The notes beneath the pieces are model-generated. The model saw only the letters and a list, made by a program, of their open reading frames with translations, did not search any database and was not told the DNA's origin. A stretch of DNA of 64,000 nt. It comes from Blasia pusilla. Lineage: Eukaryota. The stretch covers positions 41,416,001-41,480,000 of the forward strand of contig CM114271.1 in the NCBI GenBank assembly GCA_050084515.1, written 5' to 3'. How positions within the stretch are numbered: position 1 is the first letter of the stretch; each line of letters starts with the position of its first letter. Of the stretch, positions 1 through 13,400 are shown one piece after another. The position numbers were made by a program, and so were the translations under genes.

Positions 1-1691
1 AACAAAACTTTCTTAACGACCAGGTCTGTGGTCCACAAGAAACATCCCAACTCCACCTGAATGTACCTCTACATACTCGCCACATATGTGGTAAGTCTCT
101 CCTCTCGAGAGATGTTCTCTTGCAATTTCCAGTGTACTATTGTCCTCTAAGTGCGCAAACAAGATAGGTGTACCACCTTCACCCAAGTTGGAGGGAATTG
201 ACGATTTGCTCCCCACGCCCGTGACCCTATGTAACATTGCCGAGTTGATGGGACCAAACTACACCCTTCCTAAACTGCTGCAGAAGAACACCAAGAACCC
301 AAAGGTCAAAATAGCCGCATGTGTAACCGTGGCCAAATGTTTTGGACAGATCAAAGCCTTAGATGTACTTCCCATCACTTTATCACCTGCCACCCATACG
401 CAACTATCCTCCCAACCTTGCTTGCCTTCACTACTCGTAATGTACCTGTGGAACCCTTCAAGGTAGTAAGACTTCTTACCGGTCCTCCAGATTTCGCCTA
501 CAATCCATTTCCTTTAACAGGCCTACAGGAGGTCGCTTATTCCCTAGAGGGCTGCCTATGCAATTATCTCTGTCCTAAGTGCACCCACTATTCTAAAGAT
601 ATGGAATGAGAACAAATTCGGTATGTGTTCTACACAGTACAACATCGCTCTAGAAGACCAACGACAGTCTAAGAAATGAAGTGAGTCCCACGATATTCAC
701 CATTCTCCTCCACAAACGCATGTGGAGGAGATTTGTGAATCAGCAATCAGTGAATACCGAGGGCAACTAAACAAAACAAGTGGCCCTTCGGTATACGCTT
801 TAAAACGTCATAGAATTTCTTCGTAAAATGGGAAAGTCAAGCGGTATCGTCCACTCAAATACCAATAAAATTGAGCATCCAGATACCCAGGAACATCAAA
901 CTACGGACCACAGAACTTTGCAAATTGTTTCATTTGCCAATCTTTATCCTACCACTAACGGTGCCATTGTCGACCTTAAGTTCTCTCTCCTAAGAATCTG
1001 TCGAAGTTCAAACATAACAGAAAGCCAAAACTGTTTGTACAGTTTGCTTTCTTAATTACGTGAAAAGCGGAATTTTGAATTCTTTCGGCATTTTTCTTGT
1101 TCATAATACTATTCCCATGAAATCAAACAGAAAGGGAGTCTTGAGACATTTTGGATGACCAGCCAAAATTTCACGATTACTTCATGAGCACATTTAGGAA
1201 ATAAGAGTTCGAACTGCCTACATCTCCGAATCAAGCGTGAAAACGCAGTCTGTACTGCACTCCCAAGATCCAAAAATGAAAATACAGACGATCCAACAAC
1301 TTCCACAATAGACAACCAGTCGAAAGTCAAATGCATGATCTTCCCAGTCTTTCCAAATGGCGACATAGATCACTGTAAAGGGCTACCCAGCTACCCATAA
1401 TTACATCAACCCACTAGAAAAAAAGAGCTCAAGCCTTGAAAAAATACTTCAACATCACCGGAACTTTCAGGTATAGAAACATGGAGTATAGAGACGGTCC
1501 AACCTATACCAGAAAGTGTAGTATCAATTTTGTAAACCTCATGACTAGCCCAATCACTGCGTGTCATGAACCAAAACAACCTACAACTTCTGTGGGAAGT
1601 GAACATAAAAAGAAAAGAAAGGATCTGTATAGAACTAGGGCCGACGTGGAACTACTCCTTTATTTGGTCCCACCCAACCGATGATACTCAT

Positions 1692-4650
1692 TCAATGGGT
1701 ATTTCTTTGAGATTGATACAATTGTTGTGGGGCATCATTGATATCTGAAAAGCCTCTCGTCAGGAAACTGTGACCACTTTGCCTCTCCGTCATCACATCT
1801 TTTATCGATTGAGCAGTCTTCAGAGCAAGCATGTCTGAATCAGATTCTACTGCCGCAGTGAGCAGCTTGATCCAATTGTCTGTCACACACATACAGAGAA
1901 ACACTTCTGAGGTGAGGCCAAATTCTAATCTCCGGCTCCTCCTTACCTCACAATGCAAGCCTTTTCCATCATGGGGAAGATTGATCTGACTACATAAGAC
2001 ACTTCCGATCATGAGTCTGTCGACATATATGACGCAGATCCTAATCAGTACACATTTCCGGTCGTAAGATCTGAGACGGATAGAGGGAAGAATTTACCTT
2101 GGTTCGGCACGATATGCGCTTCACAAAGATGTTTGAGTGAGTCCACGCCATACTGCAAGTATAGGTTAAGTCAGCACATGGAGAATCTTAGTGAAGCTGA
2201 AATCTATCAATTGGCTACCCTGACCAACCTGCCTCCCTGGAAGCAGGTGGCGTTATGATTTCAACCATATCTTCAATGGAAGTTACTGGGAATGCTACAA
2301 AGGAGAAACAACGTGACGGGAAGACAACAGTGAGGGGACAAAACCTTGTGTGCTGTAACAAATAGGTCTATTCCTCGCCTTTGCACAAACGCATCGTCCA
2401 CTTTGCCAACGTACAGATAATGCACCAACTCCTTGGCCACATTAAATGACGCATCTTTGATCTCCACTCTACTGGCGTTATCAAAGTTCAACTTGAAGAC
2501 CTGTGACAATAACACATTAGTTGTACGCAAGGCCTACTATCTTGGAGGATCAATGCATTGCGAAATCTGGGAAATCAGTGCGTGTTATCACTCAGAAAAT
2601 AAAGTCGTCTTTCGGTACTGTTGAACCGAGGCGAAGCACATAGAAATTCTTCTGCTGAACTTTTCAACCTGATCCACTCAAGTGGATTCAATGAAGAATT
2701 GTAGAAGCACCTTTGAGGACCCAGTCACTAGTAACTTCAAAGCAACAATATCCTTGCCCTCTGCAACCAGTTCAACTGTCTCATGCTTTCCACTTTTGTA
2801 CACTGCTTCCCAATTCCGTTGAACAACCTCAGAAACTGAATGTGGATGTATGGTAGGTACTTTGACGCCCTTCTCGACCAGCTGTTTGACTGTCGCTTCA
2901 CTCAAAACTTCCAGCATGGCATCCCAATGACGGTATTCCCATCCTACAGAACAAGACCCATAAAGCTTTAGCTGTGGTTGGACCAGAGTGAATGTGTCTC
3001 CATTAAACATGAAAGGATACGAAAAGGAGTACCAATGAGCATTGATTTACCTTTCAGATACAGGGCGGATTTCAGCTCCAGAGCAATTAATAAAGGAGTT
3101 TTATGGTCAAAAACTATTTTTTTTGTCTCTGGAAAGGTCCCATCAGCAGACTTGAGGTCATGACGTACAATTGACATCTTGTGAGCTAAAGGTGTTGGCG
3201 CGGCTTTGATGCTGATATTTGCACCATACTCCAACAGAGTGGTGACTACATCCACATGACGCCCAACCTCGTACTTGTACACAGCCAAAATCAATGCGGT
3301 GACTCCCTGCTTCAGCAAGACACATATAAGCACTTGCCCTCAAAAGTTTTACTCATTCGGCCGCGGAGATGACTTTTTCACTTCCAATAGAATTCAAGAT
3401 CGATCCGAGTCAAAATAAACAATCCCGCTAGAATGTCACTGACGCTAGCCCCGGATGACCCTGCTGAAGGACAAAGAATGGATGCATCAATCTCGGCTGC
3501 TGACAAGTCCAAACATCATTCTTTTGTACGATGCAGAGCGCAAACTGATAAAATGTCCACACGCAATGGAGTGTTTATTCCATCCTTTGCGACATTCAAG
3601 GTCCACGCACCATCAGCGTGCCCGAAATTACAACATCTCTATCCCTTAAACAGAAATAGTCACACCTGTTACAGAAGATACCAACCCCATTATCTCGCCC
3701 CCTTGCACAGCCTGTGATTCTACTCTGGCAGAGATAACCACTTAGATTCGCAACTTGCGACACTCTCTGAGTAGAGATCGCAGCTCAAAGGGAACGCCCT
3801 CGAGAGAAAACGACAAAAAGGAATTATGGACTTCTGCATAACCAGATTCCAAGCCTTTGCCACAGTGCCACACCGGCGTCCCCCACCCGGTGACTCTCCT
3901 GGCACCACAAAGACATCGCTTCCTAATTAAGAAACAACATCCAAACCATTCCCGATTCAGCCTCTGAAGCTGCTTTACCACCGATAAAGCTGAAATTACG
4001 ATCCTTAAAGCTGGAATGACTGAAACACTAAAAGGTTTTTTCAACCCGGGCAGTTGTGGCCTTGGATCTCGTTGCCTCTTGGAGACTCCTTTGTTTCTTC
4101 TTTGATGGATTCTCCATCTCCTTTTTATCCATGGTGCCTTTTCCGTGGAACACCCAATAAATCCAGCACTCCAAAGTACAAACGCCTCCTCACTTAAGCA
4201 CACAAACAAATTATAAGGAGCCGGAAGCCGAATCGGCTTCCGATTACGGTCCCTTGCAAGTTTACCCCAGCGGTGCCACCGAAGCCCACAAAGAAGCCCT
4301 CACTCCAATCGGCATCTTCGAAACCAAAAAAAAAGACTCAGTTCCCATCTCACCTCCTAGTCCGGATGGACATCCAGGATCCGATCCCGGATCCTGGATC
4401 CACATCGTAGTTCGGAATAGAGAAGGAAACGACTGAACCTCTCACTACCACATTTCTACTGCGAATTCCGTACCTCATCGTTGTAAGCATTGACGTCGAT
4501 ACTTTTCCGATTCTTGAGAAACGCGTTCAACAAACGTACATTCCCGTCCTGCACGGATCGGAAAAACGAGGCCTGATCCATATTCTCCGTCTGAACACCT
4601 GCATCCCTTCCCAATCCCACGCTCTCAACTCCTGCGTTAATCTGTTCCAT
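1692..4650 (-). CDS. Ankyrin-repeat + BTB/POZ domain protein, 6 exons: 4650-4474, 3306-3051, 2943-2711, 2500-2345, 2152-2098, 1879-1692
   Basis: All introns are GT-AG and phases join into one open frame. Ankyrin-like segments: FFRSVQDGNVRLLNAFL..DVNAYNDE/GVTALILAV..VVTTLLEYGANI..KTPLLIAL. BTB-like segment: VELVAEGKDIVALKLLV..SKVFK..VEIKDASFNVAKELVHYLYVGKV..LFVTAHKYGVDSLKHLCE, followed by a BACK-like helix DNWIKLL. Confidence 0.88.
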
Positions 4651-4944
4651 TGTATTCACAACTTTCTCCTCGTCGCATGCAATTTATCTCCCAGCCGCAC
4701 AACTTCCAGTGCCTCTTTCGTCACGTCTGTATTCACTTCCCACAACCGATTCGAACTCCTGAACTTAAATATCGCACTGGAAATTTGTTGTCTACGAAAT
4801 CGATTTTCAAAAACCGAGTCCTCGAATGTATGCGCTACCATGATCTTCGAGCCGAGTCCATTTTCCTTCCTCCCTGCTCTGCTGAGTCACTCGCCACTCG
4901 CCGGAGCCGGCGTGAGTCGATTCCAGACTGCATGGCATCTGGAG

Positions 4945-4960
4945 TCAGTGGGCCCATAAG
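4945..4960. promoter_or_regulatory. Site II-like (TGGGCC) promoter motif upstream of the ANK-BTB gene
   Basis: gtgggcccat at 4949-4958, in a GC-rich segment about 300 bp upstream of the ATG. Confidence 0.35.
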
Positions 4961-5699
4961 GGGGCTGGTGTGAGCGTATGGGGGGGCTGTAGATAACGCT
5001 CTTCGCCTCGCTTTTCCCGGCGATTCCCAGGTTCTGTTTGGTGCATTAACCGACCAAAACACGGATCGGAAACATCCACTCCGCCTTCTCCCCAATCTCA
5101 GGACGCTTGTACTCGACTCGAGCACCCACATGAATATGCTTTACTCCACCTGCGAGTCCAAGTCAATGATCGGGGAGATCCGGGGTTACCGGATCTGAGA
5201 ATTTCCGATTAATTTTAAAGCTGCCTACGAAAAACCGGTTGGATTTGAGGACACTCTTTGTATTTCGTATCTGAAAACCGATTCAAAAACCGGGATTTCC
5301 GTTTCCGATTTATCATTCCCGGTAATGTACCGGGTCCCACGAAAAATCTCCCCGAACCATGGTCCAAGTTTGGCGATGGGGACCATCTCGCAATGCCCGG
5401 TTGCCCCGGGGGCCCGTTCTAGCTGAACGGGACATGACAGCGTCCAGAAGTGAACGGTCAGCTCTGGGTTGGACGGCAGAGGAGAGCTACGGGAGTCCCG
5501 GGACGTCCAAAATGTCCCGCCCAAGGCTCTTCGGGCTCCGAACTCAATTCGCGAGGGAGTAGGTCCCACCCTGATTTCGGGACGGGAAATGTTGGAATGG
5601 CCGGTGCCGCTTCAGATGGGTTTCTCCTCTACCCCTTGTTGACACGGCCTGTTATTTTAATGGTTTGATTTCGAGAATATCTTCTATTTAAAAAGTAGT

Positions 5700-7870
5700 T
5701 TAAATCTTCAATACTAGTAATTATTTTTAATTTAGTAACTCGGGGTGAGGTGATGATGTGAAATTCGATCACCCACCATAAAGAAATTTTAATATTTTTT
5801 TAAAAAAATAAAAAAATCTTTTATATTACATCTAACTTGGTTCAAGAAAATTTCTCATAGATTTTCCATTATTAATTTTGAAAAACTAATTTTTCCTATT
5901 TCCAATCCTCATCTTTCAATAAATAAAATAAAATCACTTATTTTGATTTTTTCTCTCAAAAGAGGGATTAAATTTTTCCCCCAATCTAACTTGAAAGAAA
6001 AAATCAAATAGAAACCAATTTTATTCCTTTATTTTGAAGAGTAATTCTTGTCCCATTAGGGTCCTATTAACCTTTTCATTTTTTCCCAAAAGAAATTTTA
6101 ATTTCCCCTCAAAACTAAACTTTAAATTTTGTTTGCATGAACCTTGAAAAACTAATATGAAATTTTCAATTGAGGAAAGATTTTTTTTTAAATGAAAGAA
6201 ACTCTAGAAGATATCATCGGGAAGATATTTGAATTTGAGTTAATTAGAAATAATTAATTATCACGAAAACCTTGCCCATTCTTTTTTTCTGCCTAGTATA
6301 GGGTAAAATTTAAAAAGTTTATGAATTCATGGACAAGTTTGATAGGGGTCTTCAAAATTTCTCAATTAGTATAAAAATTCACTCATTTTAATCCAAACTT
6401 TGTCTCAAAATATTCTTAAGAAATCCCTCACAATTAAAGCTTGGAAAGGAGATTAAAGGACATCTGTCTGAAGTAATATGTAATTTCCCTTCCAAAATTA
6501 ACTTGAAATTGAAAGAGTTTTTATCCTAAATTTTGAAATAATATTTTGATTTATAAAATTTTAAAATAAACTAATGATGAAAAAGAGGTAAATTTGTTTC
6601 TGGGATTCTATTTTTTAATTTAAATTTACCTTAAAACCAAAAACATATGTAAAACCTCTTTTCTATCTTAGCCTAGTATATGGAAAATTATTGAGTATTT
6701 GAGCTCCCCGTATTGCCACGCTTCACACGTGGCGTTTTGGTTTTGGGGAGCTTCTTCGCACTATGATTTTGCAGAGAATAAATTTTTCATGAAAAATTTA
6801 GGACGAGGAAAAAACCTTTTTGATGTTCATTTAGCATTTTTAATTCAAATTATTACTAGAGGATTGATGTGTATACAAAATGGACACTTATTACATAATA
6901 AGGTAAAAATATCTTTGAATAAAATATATTAGTATGGTGTCCATATGATGCACATATGACAGATTTCCCCATAATTAAATTATTTTTAAATTACACCTGA
7001 TAATTATAGAAGGGTCTAGTGTAAAAATTGACGACCCTTAAAAGGACAGGTGTTCATAGGAGGATTTCCTCTAATCTCATCCTCTTTTAATTATACAAAT
7101 TAGTGGGACACATTCGGTGGGAATGAAAAAACCCAACATATGGAGAATATAATATGAAGACATTGAATTCACATTAAAATGAAATAAATTTCCAAAAAAG
7201 TAAAGAAAAAATAGTAGACATAAATTTGTACTTAAACATTTTTAAAAAATGATTAATAAAAAAATTTAATCCTATTTTTTCCTTATTTCTTTGGGACAAA
7301 TAAGCTATTGCTTCTATTCCAACCCACCTCTCAATTAAAAATTAAAATATAAAATAACTCATTTTTATCCAAATTATTTTCCAAAACATAGTTTAAATTT
7401 TCTTCCTAACCAAGCTTGAAAATTAAAAATAAATTTTTAAGAGGAAATTATCATCCTCTAGAAGAATAATTAATTTTCCACAATTATGTGATTATTGTGT
7501 CTATTTTTCCCAAAATAATTGGTAATTTCCCTTCCAAGCTATATTTGAAAATTTTAAAAAAATTTGCATAAATATTTTCAAAATGAAATAATCTTGTAGA
7601 ATGGAAAAATATTTCAAACATGAAGGAGACTTTAAAATTTTTCATGATGATTGAAATTTTTCTAAAATCTTAAGAAAATTTAAACTATATAATTACTAAA
7701 ACCTCTTTCCCATTCTATTTTCAACCTAGCATAGGGTAATTATTTTTTTTAATTCAAGAGAAATGAATGGCTTCATATATGACATTCATTCAAGTCTCTC
7801 AAACACAACTAATGCAAATAATAATATGACCAATTCACACTCCCTACATTTTGCAGGCGTCACACTAGTA
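5700..7870. repeat. AT-rich degenerate repeat tract ending in a Helitron-like 3' terminus
   Basis: Recurrent unit aaaacc(t)..cc/ta..gcctagtatagggtaa at ~6266-6306, ~6651-6687, ~7697-7739. Imperfect hairpin cctacattttgcagg (7843-7857) followed by CTAG|T at 7865-7869. Confidence 0.4.
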
Positions 7871-8699
7871 GTACATATTTATTAATATAGTAAGAATACA
7901 ACTTAATATTGTCAAGGCTACTCTATGCTTTTTTTCTAAAGACTCGATCATAATCAAACTCGTCGGATATACAAACTCCCATATTTGGTATTCACATGAA
8001 CTAAGAAAATTTAATCTAGTATAGTCAACTAAGCAAGCTTATCTTAACTAAGGCTAGTTAACCACATTTAGTATAGTTTTAGATTATGACTAGGATTAGG
8101 GTTGCTTGCAAATATCCTATATAATTGATAAGAGCATCATCGTCCAATTATTCTCTCAGTGCTAAAATTTATTGTCCGATATATGTATGTGTGAGAGTCG
8201 TATTCCATCAGTCATGTTTGTTTAACAATTTTCTACATGATATCCAAATTATAGGAGAACATCCATAGAAGTTCTTGGTGTATAAGGAGATAAGAGAGAT
8301 AAAAGATAACACAATTTAAGGTGGAGTTGTGATGGAGATGAAACTTGGAGGCATTTTTTAGGGATTTCCTAGTCAATTCAGCAATCTACATCGTCTTGTA
8401 GAGCTCATCAAGAACTTCCAATAGATCCAAAATCATTTGGTTCTGACATTCTAAGCTCCCGCCATAGCAATTTCATGGAAGGAAAATGCAATTATCGAAG
8501 GAAAGTTGTGCAATTTGCTAATTTTAACTAGTTCTTTCATAAAAATAGTCCATTTTGGAAATTTTCACATCCATGTTTGTATAGCAATGGTCAATGCCTC
8601 AATTGGACTAGCGTGTAGCTTGAAATTACGATTTGTAAGAAAAAAACGTTCTTGATGGACTATTCATCAAGAGCAATGACACGAAAGAAGATAGATAAG

Positions 8700-10450
8700 C
8701 ACAATTATAATGTCTAGAAGTTTCACATGAAACAATTTCTTATGGATAAAATAAATATGGAGGTTTATTGCAAATGATGACGCAAAGCTTGAAGATGACG
8801 AAAAACACTTCAATGTTTGCGTCTGGAACAAACGTGTTGATTTTCCGAAGGATGCATATGATGCATTGGAGAAGCTATTCCAAACATCTACAAATGCAAG
8901 AAAGTTTCAATAGAAACTACAATTGAATAAAGTGAGGAAGGATTATAAAACATCGATGATTATGTTTTGAGTGTAAGACATATTATTGATTAATTTAATA
9001 ATATTGGAATGATTGTAGAAGATGATGATCTGATTTTGTTCATTCTTGAAGGCCTTCCAAAAGATTATAAGTTTTTTTTACCTCTATATTTTTTAGAGAG
9101 AAATAGCCAACCTTTCAAGAGCTAGTCCCGCTATTTATTAGTGAGGATATGGGCCAAATCGGCAACAATAGCTCGCCTAGTGTGCAAGAAAGCTCTATTT
9201 GCAAATAACATAGTAAAAAGAGGCAAGCATCATGGTAGAAGCTTCGATCTCTCTGGTTGTAGTAAATATCAAACATATGGAGAAAGTGACACTCAACATT
9301 ACTTCATTCAATCAAGTATGAACTAATATTAAACACAATAATAAAGTAGTGAATATGGAAACCGTTGGAATCGAAGTCAATAACAAAAGATCCTTGGATC
9401 TTGCAATTACTATGAAATGAAAGATCATTATGCAATTTTTTACTTCAAAAAGAAGGTAGACATGGGAATGGGAATCTTACAAAAACAAAACTATGTGGAA
9501 TAATAATATCAAGTGTAGTATCAAGAGCAACAACATTCACAAATTGAGCATCTCTTGATCGTATCTTATTATATGGAAGCAGTGATCAAGAAAGACTTTA
9601 TAGGAGGTAAATATATTGACTTTAGTGTGTCAAATCATATGCCTTCATAAGCTAAATAGTTTAGTACAATAGAACATGTGAAAGATCTTACAATAGTGCT
9701 CTTAGGAGATTATACGTAACATCGTATCACGTATATCGATAAAATTCTAAAAGCATCAAATCATCTTTGTGCTATTGAAAATATTCTATATATTTGTATC
9801 CTTGCAAGAAATTTGATCTATATAGGACAGATAGTAGAATAGGATTATTATATAAAGTTCAACACATATGGTTGCTTCACTGAAATAATATATAACTAGA
9901 CTATTATAACCAAAGAAACAAGATTTGGAAGAAGGTTGAAATTAGTTGTTTTGTATCAAAGATTCAATCGTCAATGTAAAGTTAAACTAGCCAACGAGTC
10001 ATATATCTCAATGAGTGGCATCAGAGATAAGACGATAAAAGATTCAAAGATTATAGAATCTTTTATCATCTAGTCTAGTAATATGACTTCCTAAATTATC
10101 GAGTCCTAGTGTATTAGAGGTATGTCCTACTTGCGAGTTTGAAATATAAGTTAGATTTATATTTCCAAGATATTCACAATGATTGATGGACACCATCATA
10201 ACATAGCCTTAATGGTTGCTAGTACTTTCTTTCATTTATTTATGTCTGTATATATGAAAAAATATTACTTAAATATATTCTCAATGTTCCAAACATTCAA
10301 ATTATAGTAGAGATTATGCAACACATTCTTAGATTGCATTATGATAGAATATTTCTCAAGGAATTTGATGATTACTTACTGAAAATGGGATCCAATGACA
10401 AGTCACTTGCCATTATACTCCACAACAAAATGGAATGGCTAAGCAGAATA
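8700..10450 (+). mobile_element. Degenerate Ty1/Copia retrotransposon internal region (gag-PR-INT relic)
   Basis: Gag UBN2-like DDDLILFILEGLPKDY (9021-9068), protease-like YIDFSVSNHM (~9612-9641), LARNLIYIGQ (~9801-9830), integrase YTPQQNGMA (10414-10440). Many stops and frameshifts. Confidence 0.75.
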
Positions 10451-13400
10451 AAGGAGAGTCACCAATGTTTATCTTTTGGGTTATAAGAACATATATTTCC
10501 TTGTCAATTATACACATTTAGTTGGTGTACACATTATTATTTATAACATAATGATGGGTAGTATTTCGTAATTTTAATTTGATAAATACATAGTTGTGAG
10601 TATAATTAGTCATAATAAATTCAAAATTATTGTTCTCCAATTAGCTAGGATATTTACTTGGGATTCTAATAGAAATGGGGTTTTTCAACAGTTTGTAGAT
10701 TTACTTCACTACGGCAAAAAATGACTTCAAATCCATAAATTCATTGCTATAAAATTTCTATTCCTTGTCCATGTCCCCAACACATGATCGTTTATAGAAA
10801 TTTGGTTGTCATAATCCCGTGGAAACACATTTCGCAAACCAACAAAACTAAAAAAACCATTATGGTGGGATCAGATTGGATGGGAGCACAAGCATACCAA
10901 TGACATTGAGGGCAAATGCAAAATACAAACCAACAGATTGTAGGTTTAAGAATTACCCCCCTCCCTATTGTAGTGAAGGTTGAAGGTAAGTCATTTAATT
11001 CTCATATGATTTTTTTGTATATATAATTTAAGATATGGATAGGAATAGGGTTTAGAATTTGAGGGAAGCAAGGCCTATGGGTGGATCGAGAAATGGAAAC
11101 CACCTCCTCTTTTATGGAAAACATGTGTTTTTTGCCTCATGTCCATAATCCGGACTTTAGTTTGGTCTCATAACTCTCTTTTGATTGTCGCTTGCTCTCT
11201 CAACTTTCAAACCACCTTGTTATGTCACTTCGACGAACCAACAAAAACCTTGATAAGCCTCTCTATCACATTTTTGGCATGGTTGCTTTGAGGAAGTCAT
11301 CTTGGATAGGTTAAATCTTTGCTTTTTGATATGAATTTGGTTGTCGCTCTAGTTAGGCTTTGTTGTTTCCGCTCTTGTTGCTAATTCCTATTCATTGTTA
11401 TTGTCGCATAACATATTTGATTTGAATCTCCAACTCTGAGACTCTAAGTGCTGCTTACTCAAAATTTGTTGCCTACGAATTATCCCTATTACTCTTATCT
11501 TATCATTGCAACTCCGTCGTCTTTGTGCTTTGCATATTCAGACTTTTATTATTGTGTTCTTGTTTTGTTTTGTTTTTCTGGAGATTTCCCAGCTTTATGC
11601 CACATAGGTACTTGGTCATTCTTTTACCCTCTCTATCTTATTTTTCGTCTTTCTCCCAAGGGTTATTATTACAATTGGCCATGGTAGAGAAATAATTTAT
11701 CCCTATTATTTTCCCGATCTTCGTATTTTTCAAATATCTCCGATTTTAAGATCAATTTTATTTTCATACTTATCATATAGCTATTGATTATTATCCACAT
11801 TCAATGCATCCAAATTTTAGGAATGGCCAAGATATAGATAATGATCAATAAGTTATTAGATAAGGAGCTTAATAAGGAAAAATCATAGTTTACCACTTAG
11901 TCGAAATAATTTGTATTATTATTGGAGAATGCCTCTTTATTTGAAGATCACTTCTCTTTTTTATAATTGTCCCTTTTAGCCAATATAATTGCTCGTTGTC
12001 TAGTCCAATAGGATTGTTCGAATTCAATTGTACACTTATGATGGATAGTTCAAAATTATACATGCGTACATTGCAATCTTGTATTAGGAAGTAGTATTCC
12101 TATACTTAAGAAAAAATATGTAGAATGAAATGATACATGGTAACTAATTTATAAGTGGGTACACTTCAATTTTGTCATTGAGATTTTTTCGGATAATTTT
12201 ATAGAAAATAAAATTTAAGGGTGTTTTTGCCATAGATGGATCAATAGAATGAAATTTGTTGATCTTCACCAATCATGCCAAGTCTAACGAGCATATCAAG
12301 CTCGCTTGGACTACGAATGGAGGTACAGAATTCGTGACCAAGATCATTGCCACAACAATTTGTGCTTGTGAGGTAGATTTTTTTAACATTACTTAAGTGT
12401 GCATACTTCATTACAAAGGAGGCCATACTATTCTTGAACTTCCATAATCTTTCTAATTTTTTTCTTTTTACGAATGCACCTATCACTATGGATCAATATT
12501 AAGATATAAAGAATTGTAGTGAGACGTCTTCTAATTCTAGCCAAGTTTTTTCTCAAAATTAATTGTGGTATAGTTCAAACATCTCTATTGAAAGAAAATA
12601 AAATTCGAATAAATCATTGAAATACACATAGGCCTATTCTATCCGTACCCTCGTAGTAGAGCTTCGATGGAACTTGATCACGGAGAAAACTCGACACATG
12701 AGAATACTCTACTATTGTAGTTCCCATCTATTTTATTAGTTAAGAAACTAGAGTTTTTGACTTATTTTATTTTATTCTAGTAATAGAAAAAATGATTTGG
12801 TCATTATATTAATCTTATATTCCATAAACCATCTACGTCATATTATTATGACTCCTTTGATATCTAAGCTAGGACCATCAATCTAGGCTTCTCCTTCTAT
12901 AATAGACATATAGATTAATGATACACAATTAAAAGTGTATCTTGAATATCAAATATCCCCTCTTTAGAATTATGATTGACATTTCTCTTTATGTATTTGC
13001 AATAAGACATTTAGTTGAGTTCGTTAGCCTTATAAAATAAGTTCAAACAAAAAGTTTTTTATAGGATTTCTTCATTACGAATGTGCATTCTATATCGCCA
13101 TTTTTGAAGGATTTTCATAGTTTATTAAACATGGAGATGTTTTCTATGGTAATTAGCTTTGCAATAGAAGGTGTCTTTACAATAACATTACGTCATATTT
13201 CAAAACCTTCACACATAAAAAAACAGGGTGGAGTTGCTTATCCTTTCAATGCATTGTGTTGTGGAGAGAATGAATATGACCATTTTAACAATTGCCACAA
13301 CATTTTATTGTAAGAAAATTTGACTCTATCTGCAACATTGTAACATCAAATCAAAAAGTTATTCTAGCAACTTTGTGAGCAAAGTTGAATAACTCTCCAT

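Noticed and set aside
13-1684. Short ORFs downstream of the ANK-BTB gene
   Set aside because: No recognisable domains or consistent exon structure; probably UTR or intergenic.
12340-12385. IATTICACEV, similar to a Copia RNase H motif
   Set aside because: Too short, and neighbouring motifs are not in the expected order.
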